Both the position numbers and the translations under genes were made by a program. Shown here in pieces: positions 38,805-49,416 of a stretch of 64,000 nucleotides of DNA. The stretch is from an uncultured bacterium (GTDB lineage: Bacteria; Chloroflexota; Anaerolineae; J036; Brachytrichaceae), in assembly GCA_903921365.1 (NCBI GenBank), contig CAIXPS010000315.1, positions 19,629-83,628 of the forward strand, read 5' to 3'. The notes under the pieces are model-generated. The model was given only the letters and a program-made list of their open reading frames with translations. It did no database searches and was not told the DNA's origin. Position 1 is the stretch's first letter. Each line of letters starts with the position of its first letter.

Positions 38805-41800
38805 TTACTTTCTTATTGTAACCACAGGAATAGTTCCATAATCATCCGCGGTCAGCTTGGTGATATCCGTTTCCTGCGATGCGCGGTAGTGGCCCAGGCT
38901 ATTGTCGCGGTTCGCCGTGCTATCAGCAGGCTCAAGGAAATCGATGATGCGGGTATGGTTGACGTCATTTGGCGCGCCGCCGAAATGCCATTCCGTGGCG
39001 GTTGGGTCAACATCACGCACCCTGAGCACGCCAGGCGATGGGAAGGCTTCCTGGCCGAGGATGGCGATCGCATATCCCCAGGATTCGGGGTTGCCCTCGC
39101 CAAAGGCTGCCAATGGCGCCGCAATCGTCGCTGTACCCGCTGGATCGATCAAGACCGTGATCTGCGGATTGTTCCTGCTACTCACATTACCCCTGGCGTC
39201 GGCGGCATACAGTTGTTGCTCCCAGCCCTCAACCCAAATAGCGTAGTCCCAACCGTTGTTTTTAGCCAGCGCCGCATTGCGCCCATCGAGCAGCTTGCGA
39301 GCGCCAGTTCCTTTACCCGGATCCTTGTCAATGTAGATATCGAATGTCTGGATCGATAGACCGATAGGCGAGTTCCACACATTATTGATCGGCCCGTTCA
39401 AATCAATCTTAAACACCAGGTTTTTGTCATTTATGGAAATCGTTACGTGTTTCAAGTCGAATGAGCCTGGCGCAAAAACGGCATTCTCAGGGTAAGTGTA
39501 GGCGCCTGGACCGAAGTCATCGCCCGTCGGGTCATTGAATTCGGCAATGATCTTGCCTGTGGTTGCATTGACCGTGCTGCCTGGAGGAATCGTCATCTGC
39601 GCCAACCCCTTGACGGGATATGCACTGATGAGTTGCCCCCCGCGTGTGACGATCACGACCAGGTTAAGCTTGGATAGATCCGTCAGGCTGCCGAGCGCCT
39701 TCCGGGGCGTGGCCAGTTCCAGCACCTTGCCAACCAGGGCGCCCGGTGTGAAAAGAGTTGCCGTTCCGGCCCACCCATGTCCGGAGTTTGCTGAATACAG
39801 GGCGGTTGCCGATGTTCCATCAGGGTCGAGAGTCCATTCCAGTAAATGGGTGGCGCTCATTCCTAACGCGACGCGAATCTCGCCATCGCCCCCAAGCCGA
39901 GTGAATTCTGAGAACGCGGATGAGTCGGGTTTACTGATGTAGATACCGACGCGCATCGGTTGCAGCGAGTCCACGCTGGCGGCGATTGCGCTCCAGTCGT
40001 CACGCGCATCCACACGGAAGAACAGATTGTCTCCATTTGCGCCGTAGTACAACGCGCTGATTACCCCGCTGCCGGGTGAGGATGAGGCGTCAGGCGCACT
40101 GATGACGCCGGCGCCGTTCCACTCACCGTCGGTTACAACACCGTCAATGGTTGGCGTAATCGCTTTCGGCGTCGCCAAATCCCCGGTGATGACCGTTGCC
40201 GGCTGGATTGGCACCTGCAGATAGTCGGGCAACGGGACGCCCACATCAGCGTATACCTGACCGAGCAGGTTGCGGAAGGCCTGGTCGAAATATGCCGCAT
40301 CAGGCCTGGCGGACTCTGAGCGCGATTGCAGCCAGTCGGAGCCTTCAGCCAGCAGCATGGCGTCGTAGGCGCGCGCCAGTGCGGCTTTGTCCGTGGTTTT
40401 CAAGCCGGTCAGATAGTCATTCAGAAACGCGCGCGCTCGAACGAGATTTGACCAGATCGCGTTGGTTTCAGCTGTTCCGATCCAGGCGCCAAGATCTGTT
40501 CGATCTCGATCCCCCCAAGCGCCTGCGGTGATCGTCTTGAGGTCGCGTGGTCCGGGAAACCGGTTGATGAATTCAGTGGGCGTGATGGTCTGGATGTCGT
40601 AACTGTCTGCTGCCGCGCTGAGGCGCTGATACAGCGCGTCCACAAAACCCTGCCCATCGTCGGAAAAGACCGGCAGTGTGCGGTCGCCGTCAATGACAAC
40701 GGTAATGAGGTGTGGCCCGGTCGCTTTCTCGGTTGCCAACTGTGCCTTGATTTCATGGATGCGGTTGATGAAGTCCTCAGCGGCCGACTGTGCGTCGGTG
40801 GTTGCGTAGGTTAGCAGGTGATCCGAGAGATCGGTGTGACTGAAAAGCACATTCAGCCGCTTGCCGTCATCAGAGGTGAGCGCATAGGGTCGATTGAGTG
40901 ATTCCGCATTCAGTGGCCCACTGCTGCTGCTAATGCTATTGGCGCGCTTAAGCGTTTCAACAAGAACATCCTGCCCTGTAACGGTCCATTGAATGCCGGC
41001 GCTGCTGAGTGGTTGCACACTGTTCTGTGCGATCGCGCCGCCAGGCAGGAGCATGCCTCGGGCTGGACGCCCATAACGGCTTTGATACATGTCCGTGGCG
41101 CGTTTGAGTTGCTCGGCGACATCCTGAGCAACGCTGAATGGCGGATCGGGCAGTTGTATTTTGCTGTCGCCGGCAGATGCGCTGTTGGTGTCGAGCAGCA
41201 ACGGGACAATCGGCTCAGCATAGGGTGATGTGGTCAGTTCAACCTGCCCACTCTCTTGAAGTTGGGCGTAGAGCGGGTCGATGGCGCGGATCGTGGCGAG
41301 CATCGCCTCAAGCACCACTTGCTTGTCATCCTCGGTGTAGTCGCGATCTTTGGCAACGAGTGCCGTTAACTGCGGTGTCGCTAATAGACTGGGGTTAAAT
41401 GTGGAGAGATTGAACCACACCTGCAGGTCGCGTATCTCCTGTTCAGTGAATGAGGCTCCTGCCGCGCGCACTATTGCGTCGCCGCTTCCACCGCGTTTTG
41501 TGAGCAACTCCTGGTATCGTTGAGACGATTTGATGCTGTCAGGGTTGGCGTCATCCAGGAAGTGCGCCAGTATAAATTGCCGATCCTCATCGCTCAGGCT
41601 GTTCGCCGGGCGTGTCGACAGTTCCCAGTAGATGTCTCGTGTTCCGGTAGTGATATCGTCCAATTGCTGGTGGAGCAGGGGGCTGATGTTTACCGCGGCA
41701 TGCACCTTGGGATATTTTTGCAGCAACGCGGCGGCGCTGTTGTAGTAACGTGTTGCGCTGATGCGCACCCACGGTAAGGTCACCAAGTTTGTTTGCGTAT

Positions 41801-41993
41801 CTGTTGAATAGAGCGGCTGGTGAAAACTCCAGATGATGTTCAGATAAATCGGCGTCGGCACGGGTGTCGGCGTATCCGTCGGAAAGAACATCGGTGTGAT
41901 CGGCAGCGGTGTCCTGGCAGGTGTAGACCCCAAAGGAGAACAAGCAGCGAGCAGTGACAGCAACGTTGCAGCAACGAGTAAGAGCCTTTTCAT
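38805..41993 (-). CDS. GH57 amylopullulanase-like lipoprotein with C-terminal glucodextranase/DOMON-like domain
   Basis: Lipobox LLAAC, PT linker, HQPLY, LPWVR, AEGSDW and DPTGDDFGPGAYTYP. Confidence 0.85.
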   Translation of the reverse strand: MKRLLLVAATLLSLLAACSPLGSTPARTPLPITPMFFPTDTPTPVPTPIYLNIIWSFHQPLYSTDTQTNLVTLPWVRISATRYYNSAAALLQKYPKVHAAVNISPLLHQQLDDITTGTRDIYWELSTRPANSLSDEDRQFILAHFLDDANPDSIKSSQRYQELLTKRGGSGDAIVRAAGASFTEQEIRDLQVWFNLSTFNPSLLATPQLTALVAKDRDYTEDDKQVVLEAMLATIRAIDPLYAQLQESGQVELTTSPYAEPIVPLLLDTNSASAGDSKIQLPDPPFSVAQDVAEQLKRATDMYQSRYGRPARGMLLPGGAIAQNSVQPLSSAGIQWTVTGQDVLVETLKRANSISSSSGPLNAESLNRPYALTSDDGKRLNVLFSHTDLSDHLLTYATTDAQSAAEDFINRIHEIKAQLATEKATGPHLITVVIDGDRTLPVFSDDGQGFVDALYQRLSAAADSYDIQTITPTEFINRFPGPRDLKTITAGAWGDRDRTDLGAWIGTAETNAIWSNLVRARAFLNDYLTGLKTTDKAALARAYDAMLLAEGSDWLQSRSESARPDAAYFDQAFRNLLGQVYADVGVPLPDYLQVPIQPATVITGDLATPKAITPTIDGVVTDGEWNGAGVISAPDASSSPGSGVISALYYGANGDNLFFRVDARDDWSAIAASVDSLQPMRVGIYISKPDSSAFSEFTRLGGDGEIRVALGMSATHLLEWTLDPDGTSATALYSANSGHGWAGTATLFTPGALVGKVLELATPRKALGSLTDLSKLNLVVIVTRGGQLISAYPVKGLAQMTIPPGSTVNATTGKIIAEFNDPTGDDFGPGAYTYPENAVFAPGSFDLKHVTISINDKNLVFKIDLNGPINNVWNSPIGLSIQTFDIYIDKDPGKGTGARKLLDGRNAALAKNNGWDYAIWVEGWEQQLYAADARGNVSSRNNPQITVLIDPAGTATIAAPLAAFGEGNPESWGYAIAILGQEAFPSPGVLRVRDVDPTATEWHFGGAPNDVNHTRIIDFLEPADSTANRDNSLGHYRASQETDITKLTADDYGTIPVVTIRK

Positions 41994-42056
41994 TTGCGGC
42001 CTAATTGTACGTTGCGATGACGACCCATCCCATAGTTTCGGCTCCTTACGACTAAT

Positions 42057-42761
42057 TCACTCCAGACTGCTCACTACTTCCACGCCGTTGGTCGCCATGT
42101 TGTAAAGGAATATTGCATGCAGCAAATCGCCGTCATGTGGAGGAATGTTGAATTGCTGTGCCACAACTATTGGCGTGTCATACGTCTGGACGCAGTTGGC
42201 CGGCAATATCACGCGCACATCATTTGTCTGGCTCGCATTGGCGCGCAGGCGCAAGTGCATGGCGAGTTGATAGGCGCACAGATCGCTACAGTCGCCTGTG
42301 ACAATGAATGTCCGTATGTCTTTGTGTGCATCGAGCCATGCGTCGAGCGCGGTGTGCTCGGATGACGAGATGGAGTTTTTCTCGATTACCACGAAGTCGC
42401 CGGCAAACGGCAGCCCCGCCAGTTCGGGGGCCGTTTGTGATTGCACATCACCGCGCACACAGTGTTGCGGGTAATGGCTGAACTCGACTGCTGATGGGGC
42501 ATGCGCATCCTGGGGGAGGACGAACTGCCGCACGCCCAATGCATAGGCCGCCCTAAACAGCTTTGCGATAGGTTCAACGATGCCCTGCACCCGTGGACTC
42601 GCTAAGGGCCCAATCGTGCAGAAGCCGTTTATCACATCCACGCACAGAATCGCAGTGGCTTGTGGCTGTGTTATCACGCTGGACAGCGACCGGGCTGGCA
42701 GGTTAGCGAGCCATTGTTCAAGAAAGTCGATATAACCGGCTGACCGTTCTCTGAGTAACAT
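42057..42761 (-). CDS. Isochorismatase/nicotinamidase-family cysteine hydrolase
   Basis: VDVINGF, DAH, HC, EK and GDCSDLC; start MLLRER with GGAG RBS. Confidence 0.88.
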   Translation of the reverse strand: MLLRERSAGYIDFLEQWLANLPARSLSSVITQPQATAILCVDVINGFCTIGPLASPRVQGIVEPIAKLFRAAYALGVRQFVLPQDAHAPSAVEFSHYPQHCVRGDVQSQTAPELAGLPFAGDFVVIEKNSISSSEHTALDAWLDAHKDIRTFIVTGDCSDLCAYQLAMHLRLRANASQTNDVRVILPANCVQTYDTPIVVAQQFNIPPHDGDLLHAIFLYNMATNGVEVVSSLE

Positions 42762-43074
42762 GCTTATCTCCTGCAATTGCGCTTTGTATAGTGTAAATAA
42801 AACACTAAGTGAAACCACCAAAAATACCGTCAACACCTCTTTGTGTACTAATGACACTAATTGTATGGACTTTGTGTGATTTGTCAAGTATGCATAGGTG
42901 TGCTTTAATTCTTTGTGAGCGAGAGTATCTATATATCTGAGGCAATAAGTAATTTGATCCAACGTCGCGCATGCTCCTGGTCTAGTGCCAGTGTTATCGC
43001 CTCGTTCATGTCCAATGGGTTATACGTAGATTTCAGAACTCAAAAATCAACTATGTCATGGAGGATTGTTGTAA

Positions 43075-44451
43075 ATGAAAAGACGCACCGTGCCTTTATT
43101 CGTGGCATTGATTGCGGCACTAATGACGGTGGCCTGTAATCAACAACAGACGGAACAAGAACCGCCAACGCCGACGCCCGTCCCAACCCCGATTATCCCG
43201 ACGAAACCCACCTACACGGTGCAGAAGGGAGACGTGGTCCGCCAGGTGCAGTTTACCGGGCGCATCGGACCAGTCAAGGAAGTGGAACTATTCTTTAAGG
43301 TGTCCGGGCGAGTTCGCAACGTCAAAGTCGAACGCGACGCCCAGGTGAAGAGCGGCGATTTGCTGGCCGATCTGGAAATCGCACCTCTTGAGCGCCAGGT
43401 TTCGCAGTTAGAGCTTGACCTGGAACGTGTGAAGGTAAATCTCGAACGCGCTCAGAAGGCCAATGATACGGCCGTTCAACAAGCGGAGGTTGAAACGGCC
43501 ATGCGGTATCAGGACTATCTGCGATTGAAGAACCAGGACATGGAACCATTGCGCATCCAGGCTGATAACGCACTGGAATCAGCCCGCCTGAATCTTGCGA
43601 GCGCACAATCCGCTTATGATAGTTCGCCGTTGCCAGGACGAGGCGGGTCGCAGCAAGGCATGAACCTGCAACGCGCGACATTGGACTATCAGACAGCGAA
43701 GGCCAGTTACGATATTGCCATTGCGCAAATGACTACCGGGCATGACAACGACCTCAGCATGTCCGCGAAGCAGCTTTCACTCGCTAATATCAGCCTCGAT
43801 TCTGCGAAGCAAGGCGTCGACCCGCTGCTTATCAACGACGTCAAGCGCGCTGAGTTGTCGTTGAGCGTTCTTAAAGCGCAGGTCTCAGAATCACAGATCA
43901 TCGCGCCGTTTGATGGGCGTGTCACGTCCATCCGAGTCAGCCCGGGTTCGCCCGTTGAGGGTTATGCTGCGGTCGCTGTTGTCGCCGATCCAAGCACGCT
44001 CGAGGTCAATGCGGATCCAAACAGCACTGTCCTCACAGAACTTAAAGAAGGAATGCCGGTGACAGTGACACTTGTGAGCTTCCCGGATTTGCCGCTGGCA
44101 GGCAAGATACGCCAGTTGCCCTATCCATATGGCAGCGGCGGCGCAGCGACGAATGATCAGGCGCAGGCCGAGAAGGACAAGTCCACCCGCATCGCCGTTG
44201 ACGCCGCGTCATTGAAAGACACGAAGCTGCAACTCGGCGATCTTGCCCGCGCTACCGTAATTCTGGAGAAGAAGACCGACGTATTGTGGCTCCCGCCACA
44301 GGCGGTTCGCACGTTTGAAGGGCGCAAGTTCGTCGTCGTGCAGGAAGGCGATGGTCAACGTCGCGTCGATGTCAAGGTCGGCATCGCCAGTGAAGATCGT
44401 GTGGAGATTCAAGAAGGTCTTAAGGAAGGACAGGTGGCGGTGGCGCCGTGA
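43075..44451 (+). CDS. Membrane-fusion (MacA-like) adaptor lipoprotein
   Basis: Lipobox TVAC, PT linker, APFDGRV and VKVG..VEIQEGL. Confidence 0.9.
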   Translation: MKRRTVPLFVALIAALMTVACNQQQTEQEPPTPTPVPTPIIPTKPTYTVQKGDVVRQVQFTGRIGPVKEVELFFKVSGRVRNVKVERDAQVKSGDLLADLEIAPLERQVSQLELDLERVKVNLERAQKANDTAVQQAEVETAMRYQDYLRLKNQDMEPLRIQADNALESARLNLASAQSAYDSSPLPGRGGSQQGMNLQRATLDYQTAKASYDIAIAQMTTGHDNDLSMSAKQLSLANISLDSAKQGVDPLLINDVKRAELSLSVLKAQVSESQIIAPFDGRVTSIRVSPGSPVEGYAAVAVVADPSTLEVNADPNSTVLTELKEGMPVTVTLVSFPDLPLAGKIRQLPYPYGSGGAATNDQAQAEKDKSTRIAVDAASLKDTKLQLGDLARATVILEKKTDVLWLPPQAVRTFEGRKFVVVQEGDGQRRVDVKVGIASEDRVEIQEGLKEGQVAVAP

Positions 44452-47348
44452 TGCAACCAATCCGAACATTCCTGTCAGTGTTTGTCGTCGCTGCACGCCG
44501 ACTGTGGTCGACGCGATGGCTTGCGCTTGCCGGCGCTGTCGGATTGATGGTGGTTATTGCGCTGACACTGAGCATTCCGCTATACGCAGATGCGGTTTAT
44601 AACCGCATCTTCAAGACAGAGATGAATGTGCATGAAGGCGTGACGCGACCGCCTTACGCCTTCATGTTTCGCTACATCGGGGGCTGGTACGGCCCTGTTG
44701 ACTACTCAGATGTCGCGCAAACCGATGATCTGATGGTTGGGCAAGTTCCGTATCTGCTCGGCCTTCCTCGTGAGAGCCTGGTGCGGTATTTCAAAACTGA
44801 CACATTTCAGGTTTACCCCGCTTCTGACGCCGCTTATGTCGGCAAGCGTAATCCGCTGACATGGATTTCGCTTGGCTTTCTGAGCGACTTTGCCAAACAT
44901 ATCACTCTGGTGGAAGGGACGTTTCCGAACGACTCGATCACGCCTGGCGCGCCAATCGAAGTCGCCGTCAGTAAGGAAATCGCCGATCAGCTTGGCTTGC
45001 AGGTGGGCGAGCAATTCGTGGCGTTTGACCGTCGTGATGCAAAAATACAGGTCAACGTCGTCATCGCCGGAGTGTGGGTGGCTAAAGATAAAACTGAAGA
45101 TTACTGGTTTTACGATCCAGCATATCTAAAGGATGTGATGGTGACGACCGAAGCCACCTATCTTCAGAACCTCTCGCCACGAATTGATAAAGAGGTGTAC
45201 CTGGCGCTGTGGTACATGGTGATGAATGGCGACAATGTCCGCACGGATGACGTGATGGGGTTGCTCGGGCGCATCAACTATACCCTGACGCGCGCCACCT
45301 CTCTGTTGCCAAATGTCAAGCTGGACGAATCACCCGTGGACGCATTGTGGCGTTATCAGCAGGCCAGCCGGTTACTGCTTGTGCAATTGCTGGCGTTCAG
45401 CCTCCCGATTCTGCTGCTCGTATTTGCGTTCATCACGCTTGTGGCCGGGCTCACGGTCAACGGGCAGCGCAACGAAATCGCTGTATTGCGCAGCCGAGGG
45501 GCCTCAGCCTTGCAGGTGATCAGCATCTCGTTTATTGAAGCGTTGGTGCTGGCAGTGATTGCACTCGCGGTTGCGGTTCCAGTGGCGGGCGGCATTGCGC
45601 AACTGGTCGGACGGGCGCGCAGCTTTCTCGTGTTTGTCGATAGCGCCAGCTTGCCGGTGGTGATCACCAGTTCAAGCATACAAGTCGCGTTGGTGGCAGC
45701 CGTGGTGGCGATTATTGCCACTGTCTTCCCGATCTGGGAGGCGTCGCGACATACGATCATCACCTATAAACAAGAGCGCGCGCGCACACTGCGACCGCCG
45801 GGATGGCAAAGAGCCTGGCTGGATTTACTCACGATGATTCCGGCTGCCTATGGCACTTACCTGCTGCAGAAACAGGGCACGATCGCTGTGAGCGGCGTTG
45901 TGCAGATATCAGGCGGCGATCCATTCAGCAACCCGTTGTTGTTTCTGGTGCCAGTCCTGATGATGATCTCGCTCACCCTGTTTTTGATCAGGTTGTTCCC
46001 GTTCTTTTTGCGGTTCATCTCGTGGTTATTTGCCAAACTGCCCGGAACGACGTTCCTGCTCGCAGTGCGGCAACTCTCCCGCTCGCCGGGGCTTTATGTC
46101 GCGCCGATGCTTCTGCTCATTCTGACACTGGCGTTGGCTACTTTTACCGCGTCGCTGGCTTCCACGCTTGATCGTGGTCTCGTGGACCAGGTTCGCTATG
46201 GCGTTGGCGGTGATGTGCATCTGTTCGAGACGGCCGAGGATACGCAGAGTAGCACGATGGGCGCGATCGGGGCCGGGCAGACCACAGGCTCAACGGCTGC
46301 GGGCGACACCACGACGCAACTTGGGCCGCGCTTCCAATTCACGCCAGTTTCCGATCACCTCAAGGTGGACGGCGTCACGGCTGCTACACGGGTGGGACTC
46401 TATCAGGCAACTGCGAAGTTCAGTTCCGGCACGGTCAAGGCGCAGATATTGGGCATTGACCGCGTGGACTACAGCCGCATCGCCTTCTGGCGCAACGACT
46501 TTGCCGGCGGCTGGTCGCTGGGCGCACTGATGAATTCGCTGGCATCAATGCAAAACGGCATCCTGGTGCATCAATCGATCCTTACTTCGAATGCGCTGAA
46601 GGTGGGGGACGATGTGCGCCTTACGGTAATCGGGCCGGATGGCAATGTGGAAATGACCTTCAAGATCGCCGGCTGGTTTACCTACTGGCCAACGTGGTAT
46701 CCCAACAAAGAAGACGCAAAAATGCTCTTTGTTGCCGATCTGGACAATGTCTTTGAGCAGTTTGGGACACAGGTGCCTTACGATGTGTGGCTGAAAATCA
46801 AGGACGGCGCAAGCGTCGATACCATCGCAGATGGCGTGCGCAAGTTGGGCGTATCACTGCTGCGCTGGGAGGATGTGCGCTCACAGATCGAGAAGGAGCA
46901 GACCCGTCCCGAACGGCAGGGCCTATTTGGCGTGCTGTCAGTCGGGTTTGCGGCCTCGGCCTTGCTGACTGTCCTGGGTTTCTTCCTGTATGCGGTGTTC
47001 TCATTCAGGCGAAGGTTGATCGAACTAGGCGTCTTGCGCGCGATTGGTTTAAGCGCAGCTCAGATGGGCGCATACCTGGGATGGGAATTGTTTATACTCC
47101 TGGGGGTTGGCATGGGCGCTGGCACATTGCTGGGTGTGGCAGCCAGTCGCGTCTACATTCCGTTTATGCAGGTCGGCATCACGCCAGAGTCAACACTGCT
47201 GCCATTCTTCATCATCATCGCCTGGCCCGAGATAATCAGGATCTATGCCTTGTTTGGTGGATTGTTTGTCGTGGCGCTGGTTGTATTGCTGGCATTCCTG
47301 ATGAGGATGAAGATCTTCCAGGCTGTCAAGTTAGGTGAAACAGAATGA
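44448..47348 (+). CDS. FtsX/MacB-like ABC permease (two-repeat, 966 aa)
   Basis: RNEIAVLRSRGAS and ELGVLRAIGLS coupling motifs. Confidence 0.9.
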   Translation: MMQPIRTFLSVFVVAARRLWSTRWLALAGAVGLMVVIALTLSIPLYADAVYNRIFKTEMNVHEGVTRPPYAFMFRYIGGWYGPVDYSDVAQTDDLMVGQVPYLLGLPRESLVRYFKTDTFQVYPASDAAYVGKRNPLTWISLGFLSDFAKHITLVEGTFPNDSITPGAPIEVAVSKEIADQLGLQVGEQFVAFDRRDAKIQVNVVIAGVWVAKDKTEDYWFYDPAYLKDVMVTTEATYLQNLSPRIDKEVYLALWYMVMNGDNVRTDDVMGLLGRINYTLTRATSLLPNVKLDESPVDALWRYQQASRLLLVQLLAFSLPILLLVFAFITLVAGLTVNGQRNEIAVLRSRGASALQVISISFIEALVLAVIALAVAVPVAGGIAQLVGRARSFLVFVDSASLPVVITSSSIQVALVAAVVAIIATVFPIWEASRHTIITYKQERARTLRPPGWQRAWLDLLTMIPAAYGTYLLQKQGTIAVSGVVQISGGDPFSNPLLFLVPVLMMISLTLFLIRLFPFFLRFISWLFAKLPGTTFLLAVRQLSRSPGLYVAPMLLLILTLALATFTASLASTLDRGLVDQVRYGVGGDVHLFETAEDTQSSTMGAIGAGQTTGSTAAGDTTTQLGPRFQFTPVSDHLKVDGVTAATRVGLYQATAKFSSGTVKAQILGIDRVDYSRIAFWRNDFAGGWSLGALMNSLASMQNGILVHQSILTSNALKVGDDVRLTVIGPDGNVEMTFKIAGWFTYWPTWYPNKEDAKMLFVADLDNVFEQFGTQVPYDVWLKIKDGASVDTIADGVRKLGVSLLRWEDVRSQIEKEQTRPERQGLFGVLSVGFAASALLTVLGFFLYAVFSFRRRLIELGVLRAIGLSAAQMGAYLGWELFILLGVGMGAGTLLGVAASRVYIPFMQVGITPESTLLPFFIIIAWPEIIRIYALFGGLFVVALVVLLAFLMRMKIFQAVKLGETE

Positions 47349-48358
47349 GTGAAGGACCTTTTATTCTTTGTGATAACCTGGTCAAGATACATAAAATTGC
47401 CGACCTTGAGGTGGTGGCGCTGCAGGGTCTTGACCTGGAAGTGAAGCAGGGTGAGTTATTGGGGATTGTGGGCGCCAGCGGTAGCGGTAAGTCCACATTG
47501 CTCAACATCCTTGGCGGTCTGGATCGCCCAAGCGCCGGTCGTGTCATCGTCGGCGGACGGGATTTGCTCAAGCTGTCGAATACAGCTCTGACCACATACC
47601 GTCGCACCCAGGTCGGTTTTGTCTGGCAGCAAGGCGCCCGCAACGTCATCCCGTATCTGTCATCGGCTGCCAACGTTGAACTGCCGATGATTCTGGCGGG
47701 ACGCGCGGGCGGCGCCGCCAAGAAGCGCGCGTTTGAACTTCTTGACGCCGTCGGGTTAGCCAACCGCCGCAATCACTACCTGGGGCAGTTGTCGGGAGGC
47801 GAACAGCAGCGCGTGGCGATTGCTGTCGCGCTTGCCAACGCTCCCACGCTGCTTCTGGCTGACGAGCCCACCGGCGAGTTGGACTCAAGCACTGCGTTGG
47901 CCATCTACCAGGTGTTTCGCGATCTATGCCTCAAGTATGGTGTGACGACTTTGATCGTCAGCCATGACCCCAAGATCGCGCGCCACGTAGATCGTGTTGT
48001 GGCGATTCGCGATGGCAAGCTGGCCGGCGAGACGGTGCGCAGTAAACCCGCACTGAATGCGGCGGCAACGGCAGGCGGTAAAGACCAGCCGCAACATGAA
48101 GAGCATTTTGTGGAATATGCGGTGCTTGACTCCGCTGGTCGCCTGCAGATACCGAAGGAAATGCGCGAGAAGTATGGCATCAAGGAGCGCGCCCATCTTG
48201 AGCCTGCTGAGAATGGCATCCTGGTGATGCCGGTGGAGAAGCAGGCTGCTGAAGAGGCGGTTGCTGCTAGCGAACAGAGTGCTATCGCGCCAAAGGCGGC
48301 GGAACGTAAAAGTGTGCTGGGATGGTTGTCGCGTCGTAAACCAACGTCGAAGGGATGA
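47345..48358 (+). CDS. ABC ATP-binding protein with C-terminal AbrB/MraZ-like domain
   Basis: [16 protein letters not shown] and DEPTGELD; tail [20 protein letters not shown]. Confidence 0.92.
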   Translation: MSEGPFILCDNLVKIHKIADLEVVALQGLDLEVKQGELLGIVGASGSGKSTLLNILGGLDRPSAGRVIVGGRDLLKLSNTALTTYRRTQVGFVWQQGARNVIPYLSSAANVELPMILAGRAGGAAKKRAFELLDAVGLANRRNHYLGQLSGGEQQRVAIAVALANAPTLLLADEPTGELDSSTALAIYQVFRDLCLKYGVTTLIVSHDPKIARHVDRVVAIRDGKLAGETVRSKPALNAAATAGGKDQPQHEEHFVEYAVLDSAGRLQIPKEMREKYGIKERAHLEPAENGILVMPVEKQAAEEAVAASEQSAIAPKAAERKSVLGWLSRRKPTSKG

Positions 48359-48362
48359 GCTG

Positions 48363-49118
48363 ATGAATATCTTTCGCGCAAAGTCTGACTTAAAAAAACA
48401 AAACCTTCAAGTGGCGCAACCAGGCGCGGCAACCGCGGCAATCGCGGAAATGGCAGTTGAGGTGATTGATGTGGTGCGCACCTATCGCGTCGGCGGTAGC
48501 GATGTGATGGCGCTGCGCGCTATCAACCTCGCTGTCCCGGCAGGTAAATGGATTGGCGTCAAAGGGCGCTCTGGAAGCGGTAAAACAACGCTCCTCAACT
48601 GCGTTGGCGGTCTGGATCACCCGAATAGCGGCACAGTGCGCTGCTTCGGGCGCGATATCACACGCATGTCTGACTCAGAACTGACTTCATGGCGTCGCCA
48701 GCAAGTCGGGTTCGTATTCCAGTCATTTGCGTTGCTTCCCACGCTATCAGCATGGGAGAACATCGAGCTTCCGATCCGCATCGCCGGGCAGAAGGGGCGT
48801 CGCGCCCGCACGAAGTACTGCATGGAACTTGTGGGGTTGACCAAGTGGGCCAACCACCGTCCGTATGAGATGTCGGGTGGGCAGCAGCAACGCGTCGCGA
48901 TTGCGCGCGCCCTGGCCAACCATCCCCGGCTCATCCTGGCGGACGAACCGACCGGTGAACTCGATAGCACTACTGCTCGAGAGATCCTCTCCCTGTTCCG
49001 CCACATCGTCGAGACCGAAGGCGTCACGATGCTGATGACAAGCCACGACCCGATTGTGTTGGAGTATGTGGACGAGGTCGTCGAGTTACAGGACGGGCAG
49101 CGCGTGGATAACGGCTGA
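48363..49118 (+). CDS. ABC ATP-binding protein (LolD/MacB type)
   Basis: GRSGSGKT, MSGGQQQR and DEPTGELD; start position uncertain. Confidence 0.92.
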   Translation: MNIFRAKSDLKKQNLQVAQPGAATAAIAEMAVEVIDVVRTYRVGGSDVMALRAINLAVPAGKWIGVKGRSGSGKTTLLNCVGGLDHPNSGTVRCFGRDITRMSDSELTSWRRQQVGFVFQSFALLPTLSAWENIELPIRIAGQKGRRARTKYCMELVGLTKWANHRPYEMSGGQQQRVAIARALANHPRLILADEPTGELDSTTAREILSLFRHIVETEGVTMLMTSHDPIVLEYVDEVVELQDGQRVDNG

Positions 49119-49176
49119 CCGAAATCTATGGCCCCACCGATCCGTAATCGCTTTGGTGGGGCAGACCTTCCATCCT

Positions 49177-49416
49177 GTGCCCTTCGTTTATATCCTGCAG
49201 TGTCGTGATGGCACTCTCTATACCGGCATTGCGAAGGACGTCATCAAGCGGCTGAAAATGCATCGCAGCGGCAAGGGGGCAAAGTACACAGCCACGCGTC
49301 TACCCGTCGAGCTTGTGTGGCAATTCGAAGTGCCTACATGGTCGGATGCGATGCGCGAGGAAAGGCGGATCAAACGCCTTACCCGTAAACAGAAGCTACA
49401 GCTTTTTACGTCGTAG
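49177..49416 (+). CDS. GIY-YIG nuclease family protein (YazA/YhbQ-like)
   Basis: FVYILQCRDGTLYTG..RL..H..GKGAKYT and E..IK. Confidence 0.88.
   Translation: MPFVYILQCRDGTLYTGIAKDVIKRLKMHRSGKGAKYTATRLPVELVWQFEVPTWSDAMREERRIKRLTRKQKLQLFTS

Noticed and set aside
42762..42962. N-terminal extension of the isochorismatase ORF
   Set aside because: AT-rich promoter-like sequence; the RBS supports the ATG at 42761
49177..49416. GIY-YIG protein as a homing endonuclease or mobile element
   Set aside because: Small stand-alone YazA/YhbQ type with no intron or element ends
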